DNA from: Histomonas meleagridis 2922-C6/04-290x
Taxonomy: Eukaryota > Protista > Parabasalia
Direction of reading: 5' to 3'
Length of the DNA stretch: 64,000 nt
Assembly: GCA_020184695.1 (NCBI GenBank)
Contig: JAANOX010000113.1
Coordinates: 102,257 to 166,256 of the forward strand
The position numbers and the translations under genes were made by a program. Below the pieces are notes generated by a model. The model saw only the letters and a program-made list of their open reading frames with translations. It was not told the origin of the DNA and did not search any database. How positions within the stretch are numbered: position 1 is the first letter of the stretch; every line of letters starts with the position of its first letter. Below are positions 21,289-31,862 of this stretch, piece by piece.

Positions 21289-24200
21289 ATGAGTGACAAC
21301 TGGGTTCCAACAAATGGTATCGCTATAATAAAAAATAGTTACATAGCAAGCAACCCGAGCGAGTTAACTGTGATTGTTGGTGATCAAATTAAAGTCATTG
21401 AAAAGACTCAAAATTGGTATAGAGGAAAAAATCTATACTCCAAAAAGGAAGGAATATTTCCAATTACTTGTTCTAAACTCTATGAGGGCAAGGACATTAC
21501 ACAAAGAAATTTGTTATCAAAAGATGAAGATATTTTATTTATTGAAACCGCAGTTACAATTCGTACTGCTCTCGCATTCATGAGCAATGCATCACCAGAC
21601 AAAGTACTTCAAATCAGCAATAGAATAGTTGATGTCATAACCATGTTTAATTTATGTCAAAAATCTCAAACAATTCAACAAATCGTTTCCCTTCATAGTT
21701 CTCTTGCCACGAGTGTTGATAACTTACGCATTGAACTTGGTTATCCCAAAAACAATCGAACATTCTTTTCATCCATGACTACGTTAACCACATGGGGGCG
21801 AGATATCTTTGATGATTTTATGAAGAAAGTTACTGTAACCGATTCTGATCCACAATACACATTACTACATGCAAGTGTTAACATCAAAATGGTTAAGTCA
21901 CAAATGATATATCGTTTCTTTCTTTATAGCCCAGCCAAGAAATCCTTCTTAAGTTGTCCCGTATCTATTTTAGTTTCACCTGAGCGTCAAGACTATGAAC
22001 TTATATTTAATCAACTTGATAAACATGATCTCAAAACTAAGACATGGCTACTAGTTTATTCATATGTATTATTAGTACATCGAGAAGGACAATTTGATGA
22101 ACGTAAATTCGTAGCGTGTGCAGCTATCGAAGTTCCCCCGTGTACAGAAGCAGAAAGTTATGGAAAAAGTGTCACTGTTGAAAAGCAATCAAACACTTCA
22201 ACGAACAAGTCACTTTATCCAAATTTCCATACGTACTTAACCGGCGAATCCGAACTAACCCATTCAATCGAAAAGACGATAACACATTGTGCGCCTTATT
22301 TTACGGTTAAATTTACGCCGTATTATGGTTCAACAAATGAAATTGTTCAAGGAATGGAATTATCTGAATGTCAAATTATCCCTCCATACTTATTACCATC
22401 AACGATTTCCCCACATGAGAAACGTTCAATGTTAAATTTGACGTTATCAAATTTGAAATTAGAAATTAATCATAAGAAATTACGTATTATAACCCGTATC
22501 ATAGATACTACAGATGGAACATTTCTACGTGGATTCGAAAGTATAGTTATGATGTCACATGATAATGTAATATGGTGTTCACAAATCTTCGGTGGTAAAG
22601 ACAGTAGTGTCAACGAAACATTTGCATTCGACTTAAGTGTTACCGAGTCACCATTAATATCATTATTTTTGATTGTCCAAATCGATAAAAAAGCATTTGC
22701 GGAAAACAAGTTCACGCCATGTGCATATGGCGTATTTCACTTGTCTAGTGATGTCGGAAATTTTACCCCCAAAGCAGATGATGACATATTATTATATCCA
22801 TTTGCACCCAAGAACCAAGTTATCACTCCCAAAGATTTCGAACTATTTCCACGTAAAACCCAAAAAGTCATTGGTAAGTTAGGCATTCATTTTTCGTTAG
22901 CTTCCACCAAAATTACGCAAGACCAAACCATCTATCAACTGTTGCATTACAAAGAATATCGCGCGTTACTTAGCAAGAGCATCTCCACGTTCATGTTCTC
23001 AGGGATTAGTGAGTGGTCCAAATATGCTCCATCTCTAACGGTCACTCTCTGTCAGATCATTGCGACAATACCAGACCATTCGTTAGAGGCATTTAATTCA
23101 TTACTGATAATGTTTGGTGAGTTATTATCACGAGCAGGAAGTGAATATTCGAATATAATGGATGAGTTTATCAAGTCCGCGTTTGATACGACACATTCCA
23201 ACAAAGAGATTAATAATAACATATTAATTAAATTAGCTGATACAATGTTACCATTAATTACAAATGCATTTGAACAAGATCAATATTCACAAGATTACCG
23301 GAACTTAATACGTACATTACCATATTTGTTACAATTAGTTTCACGTTCATATTCAATGAATCCTAATGAAGAGAACAAGAAGAAGATCGCAAACATCTTT
23401 GAGAAGTTAAATGTTATTGTTAGTATTAAAGGTGATGAAGATAAGTTTAAGAACTCATGTATCTTAGCTAATCAACGATTATTGTTACAACATTTTTCGG
23501 TATTAATTGATTTGTTATCATTATGTTTTGATACTGAAGAAGCATCGAAAATCGTTTGTAGTTTTATTTTAGCTATACGTAATGATAATCAAACTATTGA
23601 TAAATGCAAAATGCAATTATTACTTAAGTTAAGTGTTAATGGGTTTTTAAATAATGGAAGTAATACTGAATTACAAATGATATTTTCACAACAATTAATT
23701 GACGCATTTAATAAGCCGCATTGTGTCGATTATATTAATCAAATATTAACTGCGTTTTTATATTCATCAAATAATAATTTCATTCCTTCATTTTTGACGT
23801 CATTAGAACAAATCGAAACGAATAAAGAATTATCAAAACTATTGACATCAATAGCTTATGTTTATCCAAGTTCATTAACGATATCAATGATTTATAAGAT
23901 ATGTAATTCGGAATTTATATCATCGATCTTAAAATTATTTATATTATCTTATGTATGTAAACAAAATAAGAATTTCTCAAAAATGTATCAAAAGTTACCA
24001 ATTCAAGAGAAAAGAAATTTCTTAAAGTTATCATTAAAGTTATCATTAGAATGTGATTCATCAATAACAAAACCTTTAGATGAACAAATAGATTATGAAT
24101 TATATTTCTCTGCAATTGATACTTCAATATTTGCAACTTACTTTAAGACAATGTCTATTGATGAACAACTTGATTATAGTTTAATTCCGACGATATTAAA

Positions 24201-25779
24201 GATCTTTCTAAATAATAATAAATCAATTTTAAGTTGGTATTTCATTATAATTGAAGCTGATTATAAAATTAATAAAAATATTAACAAAACTTTAGAAGAA
24301 ACTTTGATGACTTTTTGGAAATTATCAAAAACTATTAAATTCGATTCAAATATTGGTAAAATATTTATTCAAGAAATACCATCACAATATAAAAAAGAAT
24401 TTGAAATCTTCGAGAAAATTATTTCATCAATATATATCATTCGGAATTTACCTGATACAAGTAATAATCAAGATGAAAAATGTGAATCATTAATTACTAT
24501 ATATGAATATTGTAAGTCATTAAATCAAAACAATAAATTATTATTACGATTATTAAAACGAATAATTCAATTAAATATTATCTGTAAAAATAATTTGGAA
24601 TTAGCTTCAACTTTAATTAATGTATTACCTTTGTTTAAATGTGATAATACAAAACTAAAAAAGAAATTTTTGGATTTCGAAGCTGAAAATGGCCGCGAAT
24701 TACATCAAGAAATATTATTTAAAGTTGTTGAAATATATATTTCAAATGATTTCGATGAATATGGAATTCCTTATTTACAACAATTAATTGATACATGTGT
24801 AAAACCTTTCCAATATATCGAACTAATGATTAAAATCACCGAATTACAAGCGAAGATATATTCACGAATTAGTACTGCTTCAAGATCTTATCCAATGTAT
24901 ATTAAGATCTCTTTTTATGGCGATGGGTTCTCTGAATCATTTCGAAATCGTTCTTTTATTTATATGTATAAATCTTCAATAACACCTTCAAGTGTAACAC
25001 AAGAGATGAAAGAAAAATTCCCCAATGCTTCGATAGACTCTGAACCTCCATCAGCTGAAGACTTAAAGAACCCAAACTTAATGTCAATAGTTATTACACC
25101 TGCGTTAGTATCTTCACAAGAAGAAATCGCTGACATTTATTATCGTCCAGATTTTAAGCATCAAAAAACCGCTGTCAACGGTAACCACCCACAAATATTC
25201 AAATCGGAGAAGACGTTTATCAATGAAAATTCGGCCGATACGTTAACCGCCTTTTCAGTTAAACAAAGTTTTTGTAAAACAGGAAAATCTTTCCCACAAA
25301 TGACACGAAGGATTGAAGTTGTTGATTCATTCCCCGAGAAAATATTGTCATCGATCGAATATAACTCTATGTTAATCTCAAGGAAAACATATCAATTGTT
25401 ATTAGAAAAGTATTGGGTTGAATATCAATTTAAGGAACAAGAGAAAATCCCAGATGACGATTTCATATCGAAAATATCGGGAATATTAAAGTCACAAATC
25501 CAATCATATACAAATGGTACTAATAGTCAGCTGTGTAAGAAATTTTTGGACGAGAATTATGAAAAGGAACACGCAGAAGATAAACAAAAGATCGAAAAGT
25601 TACGAAGTATTATATTGGAAAACTTTCAGTCCTTCTTCGACTCAATTCAGTTCTTGCAAAAGATTGAAAAAGGTACCGCAAAGGAAGCATACATATCTGC
25701 AAAGGCATTGTTCGAGGGAATGATGGAAACATTTCAAAAATATGTTTTGGTTACATTCGATTTCAATAAAACATCTTAA
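21289..25779 (+). CDS. DOCK-family guanine nucleotide exchange factor (SH3, DHR-1/C2, DHR-2)
   Basis: N-terminal SH3 (ELTVIVGDQIKVIEKTQNWYRG...GIFP), C2-like middle region and DHR-2-like YIKISFYGDGF...FRNRSFIY...FPNA. Probable ATG 21289. Confidence 0.85.
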   Translation: MSDNWVPTNGIAIIKNSYIASNPSELTVIVGDQIKVIEKTQNWYRGKNLYSKKEGIFPITCSKLYEGKDITQRNLLSKDEDILFIETAVTIRTALAFMSNASPDKVLQISNRIVDVITMFNLCQKSQTIQQIVSLHSSLATSVDNLRIELGYPKNNRTFFSSMTTLTTWGRDIFDDFMKKVTVTDSDPQYTLLHASVNIKMVKSQMIYRFFLYSPAKKSFLSCPVSILVSPERQDYELIFNQLDKHDLKTKTWLLVYSYVLLVHREGQFDERKFVACAAIEVPPCTEAESYGKSVTVEKQSNTSTNKSLYPNFHTYLTGESELTHSIEKTITHCAPYFTVKFTPYYGSTNEIVQGMELSECQIIPPYLLPSTISPHEKRSMLNLTLSNLKLEINHKKLRIITRIIDTTDGTFLRGFESIVMMSHDNVIWCSQIFGGKDSSVNETFAFDLSVTESPLISLFLIVQIDKKAFAENKFTPCAYGVFHLSSDVGNFTPKADDDILLYPFAPKNQVITPKDFELFPRKTQKVIGKLGIHFSLASTKITQDQTIYQLLHYKEYRALLSKSISTFMFSGISEWSKYAPSLTVTLCQIIATIPDHSLEAFNSLLIMFGELLSRAGSEYSNIMDEFIKSAFDTTHSNKEINNNILIKLADTMLPLITNAFEQDQYSQDYRNLIRTLPYLLQLVSRSYSMNPNEENKKKIANIFEKLNVIVSIKGDEDKFKNSCILANQRLLLQHFSVLIDLLSLCFDTEEASKIVCSFILAIRNDNQTIDKCKMQLLLKLSVNGFLNNGSNTELQMIFSQQLIDAFNKPHCVDYINQILTAFLYSSNNNFIPSFLTSLEQIETNKELSKLLTSIAYVYPSSLTISMIYKICNSEFISSILKLFILSYVCKQNKNFSKMYQKLPIQEKRNFLKLSLKLSLECDSSITKPLDEQIDYELYFSAIDTSIFATYFKTMSIDEQLDYSLIPTILKIFLNNNKSILSWYFIIIEADYKINKNINKTLEETLMTFWKLSKTIKFDSNIGKIFIQEIPSQYKKEFEIFEKIISSIYIIRNLPDTSNNQDEKCESLITIYEYCKSLNQNNKLLLRLLKRIIQLNIICKNNLELASTLINVLPLFKCDNTKLKKKFLDFEAENGRELHQEILFKVVEIYISNDFDEYGIPYLQQLIDTCVKPFQYIELMIKITELQAKIYSRISTASRSYPMYIKISFYGDGFSESFRNRSFIYMYKSSITPSSVTQEMKEKFPNASIDSEPPSAEDLKNPNLMSIVITPALVSSQEEIADIYYRPDFKHQKTAVNGNHPQIFKSEKTFINENSADTLTAFSVKQSFCKTGKSFPQMTRRIEVVDSFPEKILSSIEYNSMLISRKTYQLLLEKYWVEYQFKEQEKIPDDDFISKISGILKSQIQSYTNGTNSQLCKKFLDENYEKEHAEDKQKIEKLRSIILENFQSFFDSIQFLQKIEKGTAKEAYISAKALFEGMMETFQKYVLVTFDFNKTS

Positions 25780-25869
25780 AAAGCGATTTTTGTCTGTTTT
25801 GTTTTGGTTTTGTAAAACACAAAACTTTAATATTTATTTCTTTTGGTTTATTATCATTTAATTAATGTT

Positions 25870-26430
25870 TCATATTCATTTCAAATGATGAAATTTCTTC
25901 CCCCAACTGCATATTTACCTATAAAATTTGAAGTTTGCTCGGAAAGGCCGTTGGTTTTTAAAATTTCCTCATAAAATTTGTAATGATCATTTAAAAGAAC
26001 TTGATAAAGAAAAAGAATTATATGAAATTTATAATGGATTATGTAATGAATTTTTATCTTTTATCCTTACGTTACAAATTCAAGAATCTTATTCTCTTCT
26101 TGAAAGGATGATCGAAATGATTTTAATTAAGAAAACCTTTTGTTTCTCACTCTATTTTATTAAAGAAAGGAATGAGTTTTTTGAAAGATGATTTGTTAAG
26201 CTTTGTGAATATTTAGGAATATTATGAAGAACTTTTAATGATTGGAAGCATCATAAACAATTAATTAAAGAAGGATATAATCCAAATGAAATCACGAAAA
26301 TAATTCGAAATAGAAAACTTCAAGAAATATCATCACAAAATAATTTTATTCATTAATAATTAATCCAGCACTTTATGAAAGATGTCCATTTGTTAATCAA
26401 GAGGGTGTTACATTAATTGATTATACATGT
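25870..26430 (+). pseudogene. Fragmented DUF3447/ankyrin-family pseudogene, with a small opposite-strand piece at about 25870-25920
   Basis: Broken copies of family motifs: KEGYNPNEITKIIRN, KLQEISSQNNF, PALYERCPFVNQEGVTLIDY. Contains stops and frameshifts. Confidence 0.7.
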
Positions 26431-26785
26431 GTTAATTTGGAGTTCATTCATTTATGTTGCAAAAGCCGTTTGATTTTGATTACTTTATTTTCTCATCGTT
26501 TTGTAAATTCCATTTCACATAACATGTCATACTAATTTTATTGTTACTGTATTTTTGAAGAAGCACCTTTAGAAGCTGCGATTACAATAAAGTTGTGTTA
26601 TGTTTCGTGTTTTGTTGTTTATTTTTTATTTATAACATATCATTTTTACGATAATTTACATTTTTTCAAAATTCAATTCATAAAACGGCTTCTCCCTAAA
26701 AGGGACGCTGAAAATTAACAACACAGGATTTTATTTGAACGAAGTTGATAGATAAAATTCATTCAAATTTGAATAAATCGATGAG

Positions 26786-26841
26786 GTGACGTCACAACCG
26801 TTAAAGAAACGATGCACATTTCGTGACAAATCAATGAGTCA
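26786..26841 (+). promoter_or_regulatory. Candidate upstream elements of the GDH gene: palindromic GTGACGTCAC, Myb-like ACCGTTA, TGAGTCA
   Basis: Motifs read directly at 26786-26795, about 26798-26804 and 26835-26841. Function inferred only from resemblance to CRE, Myb and AP-1 sites. Confidence 0.35.
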
Positions 26842-26918
26842 CTTGTCAAAAATTCATTGTTTTCTATTCAAAAATTTGAGTCCATTTCAAAGGAGTTTGA
26901 TTTTGCTTCATTTCTTCC

Positions 26919-28271
26919 ATGACTTGCAAGCCTTTGGACGTCGAAGAATTTATGGCTAACCTCATAAAGAAGCACCCTAATGAACCAGAGTTCCACCAAG
27001 CTGTTCGTGAGGTTCTTATTAGCATTAAGGACGTATATAACCAACATCCAGAATTCCAGAAAAACAAAATCATTGAAAGACTTGTAGAACCAGACCGTGT
27101 ACTTTCATTCCGCGTGAACTGGGTTGATGATAAAGGTGAAGTTCAAACTAACATTGGATACCGTGTACAATTTAACAACGCCGGTGGTCCATACAAAGGC
27201 GGTATTCGTTTCCACGAATCAGTTAACCTTTCTATCCTTAAGTTCCTTGGCTTTGAACAAACATTTAAGAATGCCTTAACAACACTTCCTATGGGTGGTG
27301 CTAAAGGTGGCTCTGATTTCTCACCTCGTGGAAAGAGCGATGGAGAAATAATGCGTTTCTGCCAAGCATTTGTTATAGAACTTTGGCGTATGCTTGGACC
27401 AAATCTTGATATCCCAGCAGGTGATATTGGTGTTGGTACTCGTGAAATTGGTTACATGTGTGGTATTTACAAGAAGCTTTCACGTCAATTCGATGGTACT
27501 TTCACTGGCAAAGGACTCGAATTTGGTGGATCATTAATTAGACCAGAAGCTACTGGTTTTGGTGCACTTTACTTCGTCAATAAGATGCTCGAAAGAAAGG
27601 GAATCCCAATTGCTGGAAAAACAGTTGCAATTTCAGGATTTGGTAATGTTGCATGGGGTGCAGCCCTCAAAGCCACACAACTCGGAGCTAAAGTTGTTAC
27701 AATTTCCGGACCTGATGGCTATGTTTATGATCCTGATGGTGTATCTGGAGATAAGATTGATTACATGCTTGAACTTCGTAATTCAGGTAATGATATTGTT
27801 GCACCATACGCTCAGAAGTATCCAAATTCTAAGTTTGTTCCAGGAAAGCACCCATGGGAAGTTAAGGTAGACATTTGTCTTACATGCGCAACACAAAATG
27901 AACTTAATATCGAAGATGCTCGTAACATTGTTAACAATGGAGTTATCTGTGTTGGAGAAATTTCAAATATGGGTTGCACAGCTGAAGCCGTTGACTACTT
28001 CATTGAACACAAACTTTTGTTCGCACCAGGAAAGGCTGTCAATGCTGGTGGTGTTGCTACTTCTGGTCTTGAAATGACACAAAATGCCATGCATCTTAGC
28101 TGGACTGCCGATGAAGTTGATGCAAAATTACACTTAATCATTTCTTCAATTCATGCTCAATGTGTTAAGTATGGAACTGAACCAGATGGTTATGTGAACT
28201 ATGTAAAGGGTGCAAACATTGCAGGCTTCATGAAGGTTGCTAATGCAATGCTCCAGCAAGGAGTTATTTAA
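26919..28271 (+). CDS. gdh: Glutamate dehydrogenase (about 450-aa hexameric type), Bacteroidales-like
   Basis: GPYKGGIRFH, GGAKGGSDF, DIPAGDIGVG, RPEATGFG, GFGNVAWG, PGKAVNAGGV. Ends QGVI. Confidence 0.97.
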   Translation: MTCKPLDVEEFMANLIKKHPNEPEFHQAVREVLISIKDVYNQHPEFQKNKIIERLVEPDRVLSFRVNWVDDKGEVQTNIGYRVQFNNAGGPYKGGIRFHESVNLSILKFLGFEQTFKNALTTLPMGGAKGGSDFSPRGKSDGEIMRFCQAFVIELWRMLGPNLDIPAGDIGVGTREIGYMCGIYKKLSRQFDGTFTGKGLEFGGSLIRPEATGFGALYFVNKMLERKGIPIAGKTVAISGFGNVAWGAALKATQLGAKVVTISGPDGYVYDPDGVSGDKIDYMLELRNSGNDIVAPYAQKYPNSKFVPGKHPWEVKVDICLTCATQNELNIEDARNIVNNGVICVGEISNMGCTAEAVDYFIEHKLLFAPGKAVNAGGVATSGLEMTQNAMHLSWTADEVDAKLHLIISSIHAQCVKYGTEPDGYVNYVKGANIAGFMKVANAMLQQGVI

Positions 28272-28498
28272 GTGTCAGTTTGATACTAAAATTAAACAAG
28301 TTTAATCTATATTGGCTTCTTTAAAATGTGTTAACACATCAAATTTTGATTGATTTTGTGCATCAAATAATTTGAATATTTTACGGCATAAATTATACAA
28401 ATTTTGACTTTTTGAGTTCTGTACACCATAAAATAAAGCTGAAATAAAATGCCTTAATGAATAGAATTTAATTTTAAAAACAAAATAAATTTGTGATC

Positions 28499-29212
28499 TT
28501 AAGATTTCTTGGAGTTAAGTTGCATTCGATACTTTCTGATATACATTCCAATCGTTTTGTCTTCGAATCCCCATTGCTCATTAATCTCTGCTGCTGTGAG
28601 TTCCTTTTCTTTGGGAATTTCGTTCTCAACTTCGGCTTCAGATGAATCTGGCTCATTTATAGTTTGCTTAGAAAGGGCTAATTGCATCGCTTGCTCAACT
28701 GGATCATCAACAAAAATTTCATCATTTTCATCTTCAGATGCAAAATTTTGCTCTTTTTGAGAAATTGTTACATTTTGAAGATTTTTAAGGAAAAATGGGA
28801 AATCATCAGCAATGTCAATTCTTACTCCTTCAATAAAATAATTAATAAAATCAAAATCAATTTCACTTACAAGATTTAATACTCTTCTTTGTGGTGATTC
28901 TGAAATTATTGATGGTACTTTAACTGAAGACGATTTAGATAAAATTCCACAGTCAGCTTGATTTTTTTCATTTTGATTTGACTTTAAAAATTCTTCATTT
29001 CGTATATATGAAGAACCTTCTAATGGCTTTTGAACTTGTTGGATGCTTGATGTTTTTTTCTTATTCTTTTTCATCTTTGAAAATAAATCATTATCATCAA
29101 ATATTCTTGGTGACAGGAATTTCTGGTAAATATTATTCATATCCAGAGGTTCAGGTTGAGTTGGAAAAAACAAGATTGGCGGTGAAGAAATAACGAAATC
29201 TTCTGAACTCAT
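28499..29212 (-). CDS. Hypothetical protein
   Basis: 237-aa ATG ORF with host-like composition and no recognisable domain. Confidence 0.6.
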   Translation of the reverse strand: MSSEDFVISSPPILFFPTQPEPLDMNNIYQKFLSPRIFDDNDLFSKMKKNKKKTSSIQQVQKPLEGSSYIRNEEFLKSNQNEKNQADCGILSKSSSVKVPSIISESPQRRVLNLVSEIDFDFINYFIEGVRIDIADDFPFFLKNLQNVTISQKEQNFASEDENDEIFVDDPVEQAMQLALSKQTINEPDSSEAEVENEIPKEKELTAAEINEQWGFEDKTIGMYIRKYRMQLNSKKS

Positions 29213-29300
29213 GGAATTGTAAAATTTTTAAATTGGAATTGATCACCACTCTAACAAAAAGTTTTCACATAATTTTTTACTTTGAACTACTAAAAAATGT

Positions 29301-31544
29301 TTATTTTCTAAATTTTCTACTATTAATTCTTTCGCAACTAGAAATATGTCTTGGAGCTGCTTCTTTTGAAAACTTCCTTCCACAATGAGGGCATTGAACT
29401 CTATCATCCTCTTCTTCATATATTTGTTCTGGTACAGCTTCTCCACGCGCTGCTCTTAAAGCATTCACAAGTTTTTCATGTTCTATTTTATATTTCTTTA
29501 CAGAAGATGTTTTCTTTGGTTTCTTTTCTTCTGCGTTTACTTTACTTATATATTTGGCAGCGCCAATTTCAGTCATTCTCTTTTTCCTAGAATCGAAAAC
29601 TTTTGTTTTCTTCTTTGATGATTTTGCACAAATTGTTTCATGCTTTGCAATTCTATCAGTTGCAAACTTTCTTCCACAATATCTGCATTGCGCAAGATCC
29701 TTAATATCATCATTTGGTATATCTTGCTTTTGATTATTATTCAAAATTTTATTTTGTTTGAAATCTTCATAATTATCATCATCGTCATCATCAGAAAATT
29801 CTGTTTTTGGTGGAATTGTTCGTTTTTGATTTGTAATTGTTTTAGTCTTTGGAACATAATCATCGTAATTATCATCATCATTATCGTCGTCATCATCATC
29901 AGAAGGTTCTTTTTGATAATTTGTTTTCCTTATTCCATATGTTGGTGGTTTAGATTTAGGTTTATAATCATCAAAATCACTTGAATCCGAATCAGTCTTT
30001 GTATTAATATATAATCTTTTTATTGGCTGTTGCTTTTGTGCATTATTTGCTTGTTTTCTTATTTGTGTATATGTCAGTTCTTCATCAGAATCATCTTCGT
30101 CATCATACGTAAATTTATTACGTGAATTATTAGTCTTTAATTGTGTCCGATTTAATGAGTATTGTTTTGAAGATTTTGCATCTTTTTGATTATCATTACT
30201 ATGCAAATTAGATGTTTTTGTTGTTGATTCACTTAATTTTGGTCTGGATGCAAATGGATCAAGACCATTATCATCATATAAATCATCATCATAATCTTGA
30301 GTTATTCGTGATGTAAAACGCGAATTCTTTTGTTCATTACTATTTGCATTTGATGTCTTTTGTACAGAATCACGTAATTTTGGACGTGAAGCAAATGGGT
30401 CAATTCCATTATCATTATATAAATCATCGTCATAATCTTTGATTGTTCTCGTTGTAGTTCTTGTATTTGTTGTCTTTTGCACTGATTCACGAAGTTTTGG
30501 ACGTGACGTAAACGCATCTTTTTCATCTTCATAATCACGTGTTGTTCTCGTATTTAATTTTGGCTTTGTTTCATTATATGAAGTTGGAGTCTTTTGTACG
30601 GATTCACGAAGTTTTGGACGTGACGTAAATGGATCAGATATATCATCAAAGAGATTGTCATCATAATCACGTGTAACCCTTGAGTTTGGCTTCATAGTCT
30701 TTGATTCAATATCATATGAATTAGTTGTTTTTTGAACTGATTCACGTAGTTTTGGTCGCGACGTAAATGCATCTTTTTCATCTTCAAAATCACGTGTAAC
30801 TCTTGAATTTGGTTTCATTGTTTTCGCATCGTTATTATTAGTGTTAGATGGCTTTTGTACTGATTCACGAAGCTTTGGACGTGATGTAAATGGATCAGCT
30901 ATATCGTCAAAGTTATAATCATATGTGGTGGATACTTTTTGAGTGGAGTCGCGAAGCTTTGGACGTGAAGAAAATGGATCTTTTTCATCACCATAATCAT
31001 CATAATCTCTTTTGGCTTTTGGTTTCATTGTTTTTGTTTCATTATCATATGGAGTTGAAGATTTTTGAGAGGATTCGTGTGGTTTTTTACGAGAAGAAAT
31101 TGTTGCCTTTTCACTTGAATCAGAATCATATGTAACTTTTGTTGATGGTTTCATTGTATTTACATTCTGATCAGGTGTTTCATTTGTTTTGGCCATCTTT
31201 CTAAGAAGCATTTGTCTTCTTTTTTGCTCCCAATTACTGGAAGTTGGTTTAGACGTTGGAGTTGTTTCTTTTTGGATTTCTGGATGATTAGTGATTATTG
31301 TTGTTAGTTTTGAACTTGTTTGTTTCTTTTTTGTTTTGAGTTCATTTATAAAATTTATCAATGTGAGACGGTGGCCAATAGTTTTCATTCCAAGTTCTTG
31401 AAGATGCTTATCTTCAAGAAACATTAGCGCCTCTCCATTAATGCTGTTTTCAATAAAAGTTGAACCATACTTTCTTAGGCCAAGAGATTGCAATTGTTGG
31501 ACAACTTCTGACGAGGTCCAATTCGGTATTTCAAAATCCTCCAT
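29301..31544 (-). CDS. SAM domain, internal repeats and two C2HC zinc fingers (ZC2HC1-like)
   Basis: WTSSEVVQQLQSLGLRKYGSTFIENSINGEALMFL (SAM). Seven D(P/A)FxSRPKLxxS repeats. CRYCGRKF...HETIC and CPHCGRKF...HISSC. Confidence 0.85.
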   Translation of the reverse strand: MEDFEIPNWTSSEVVQQLQSLGLRKYGSTFIENSINGEALMFLEDKHLQELGMKTIGHRLTLINFINELKTKKKQTSSKLTTIITNHPEIQKETTPTSKPTSSNWEQKRRQMLLRKMAKTNETPDQNVNTMKPSTKVTYDSDSSEKATISSRKKPHESSQKSSTPYDNETKTMKPKAKRDYDDYGDEKDPFSSRPKLRDSTQKVSTTYDYNFDDIADPFTSRPKLRESVQKPSNTNNNDAKTMKPNSRVTRDFEDEKDAFTSRPKLRESVQKTTNSYDIESKTMKPNSRVTRDYDDNLFDDISDPFTSRPKLRESVQKTPTSYNETKPKLNTRTTRDYEDEKDAFTSRPKLRESVQKTTNTRTTTRTIKDYDDDLYNDNGIDPFASRPKLRDSVQKTSNANSNEQKNSRFTSRITQDYDDDLYDDNGLDPFASRPKLSESTTKTSNLHSNDNQKDAKSSKQYSLNRTQLKTNNSRNKFTYDDEDDSDEELTYTQIRKQANNAQKQQPIKRLYINTKTDSDSSDFDDYKPKSKPPTYGIRKTNYQKEPSDDDDDDNDDDNYDDYVPKTKTITNQKRTIPPKTEFSDDDDDDNYEDFKQNKILNNNQKQDIPNDDIKDLAQCRYCGRKFATDRIAKHETICAKSSKKKTKVFDSRKKRMTEIGAAKYISKVNAEEKKPKKTSSVKKYKIEHEKLVNALRAARGEAVPEQIYEEEDDRVQCPHCGRKFSKEAAPRHISSCERINSRKFRK

Positions 31545-31862
31545 GTTTTGTTTTTATTATAAACGTTCGGACAAGAAATTTTCCTAAATTTTCATTCTTA
31601 TAAAAAAGTAATCCTGAGAACGAATTAAAATTTAACCATATCTTTACAAAAAAGATGTTGATTTGAGAAATATTTTTTCTTTTATTTGTAATTTAATTGT
31701 ATTGATTATTCTCATTTAATTATTTTTCATTGATAAAGAGTAATAGAACGAAAATTAATTTTTATATAACAAATATTTATATAAAAAATTAATCCCTTTG
31801 ATCCATTTTTTGGAATCAAATTTTCATTGACCAGTTAATCTCAGAATTATCAAGCCAAAAAT

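Noticed and set aside
26919-28271. Bacterial contamination or chimeric contig suggested by the GDH gene
   Set aside because: Immediate neighbours are eukaryotic genes, there is no operon context, and flanks are host-like AT-rich sequence. Long-read confirmation is still advisable.
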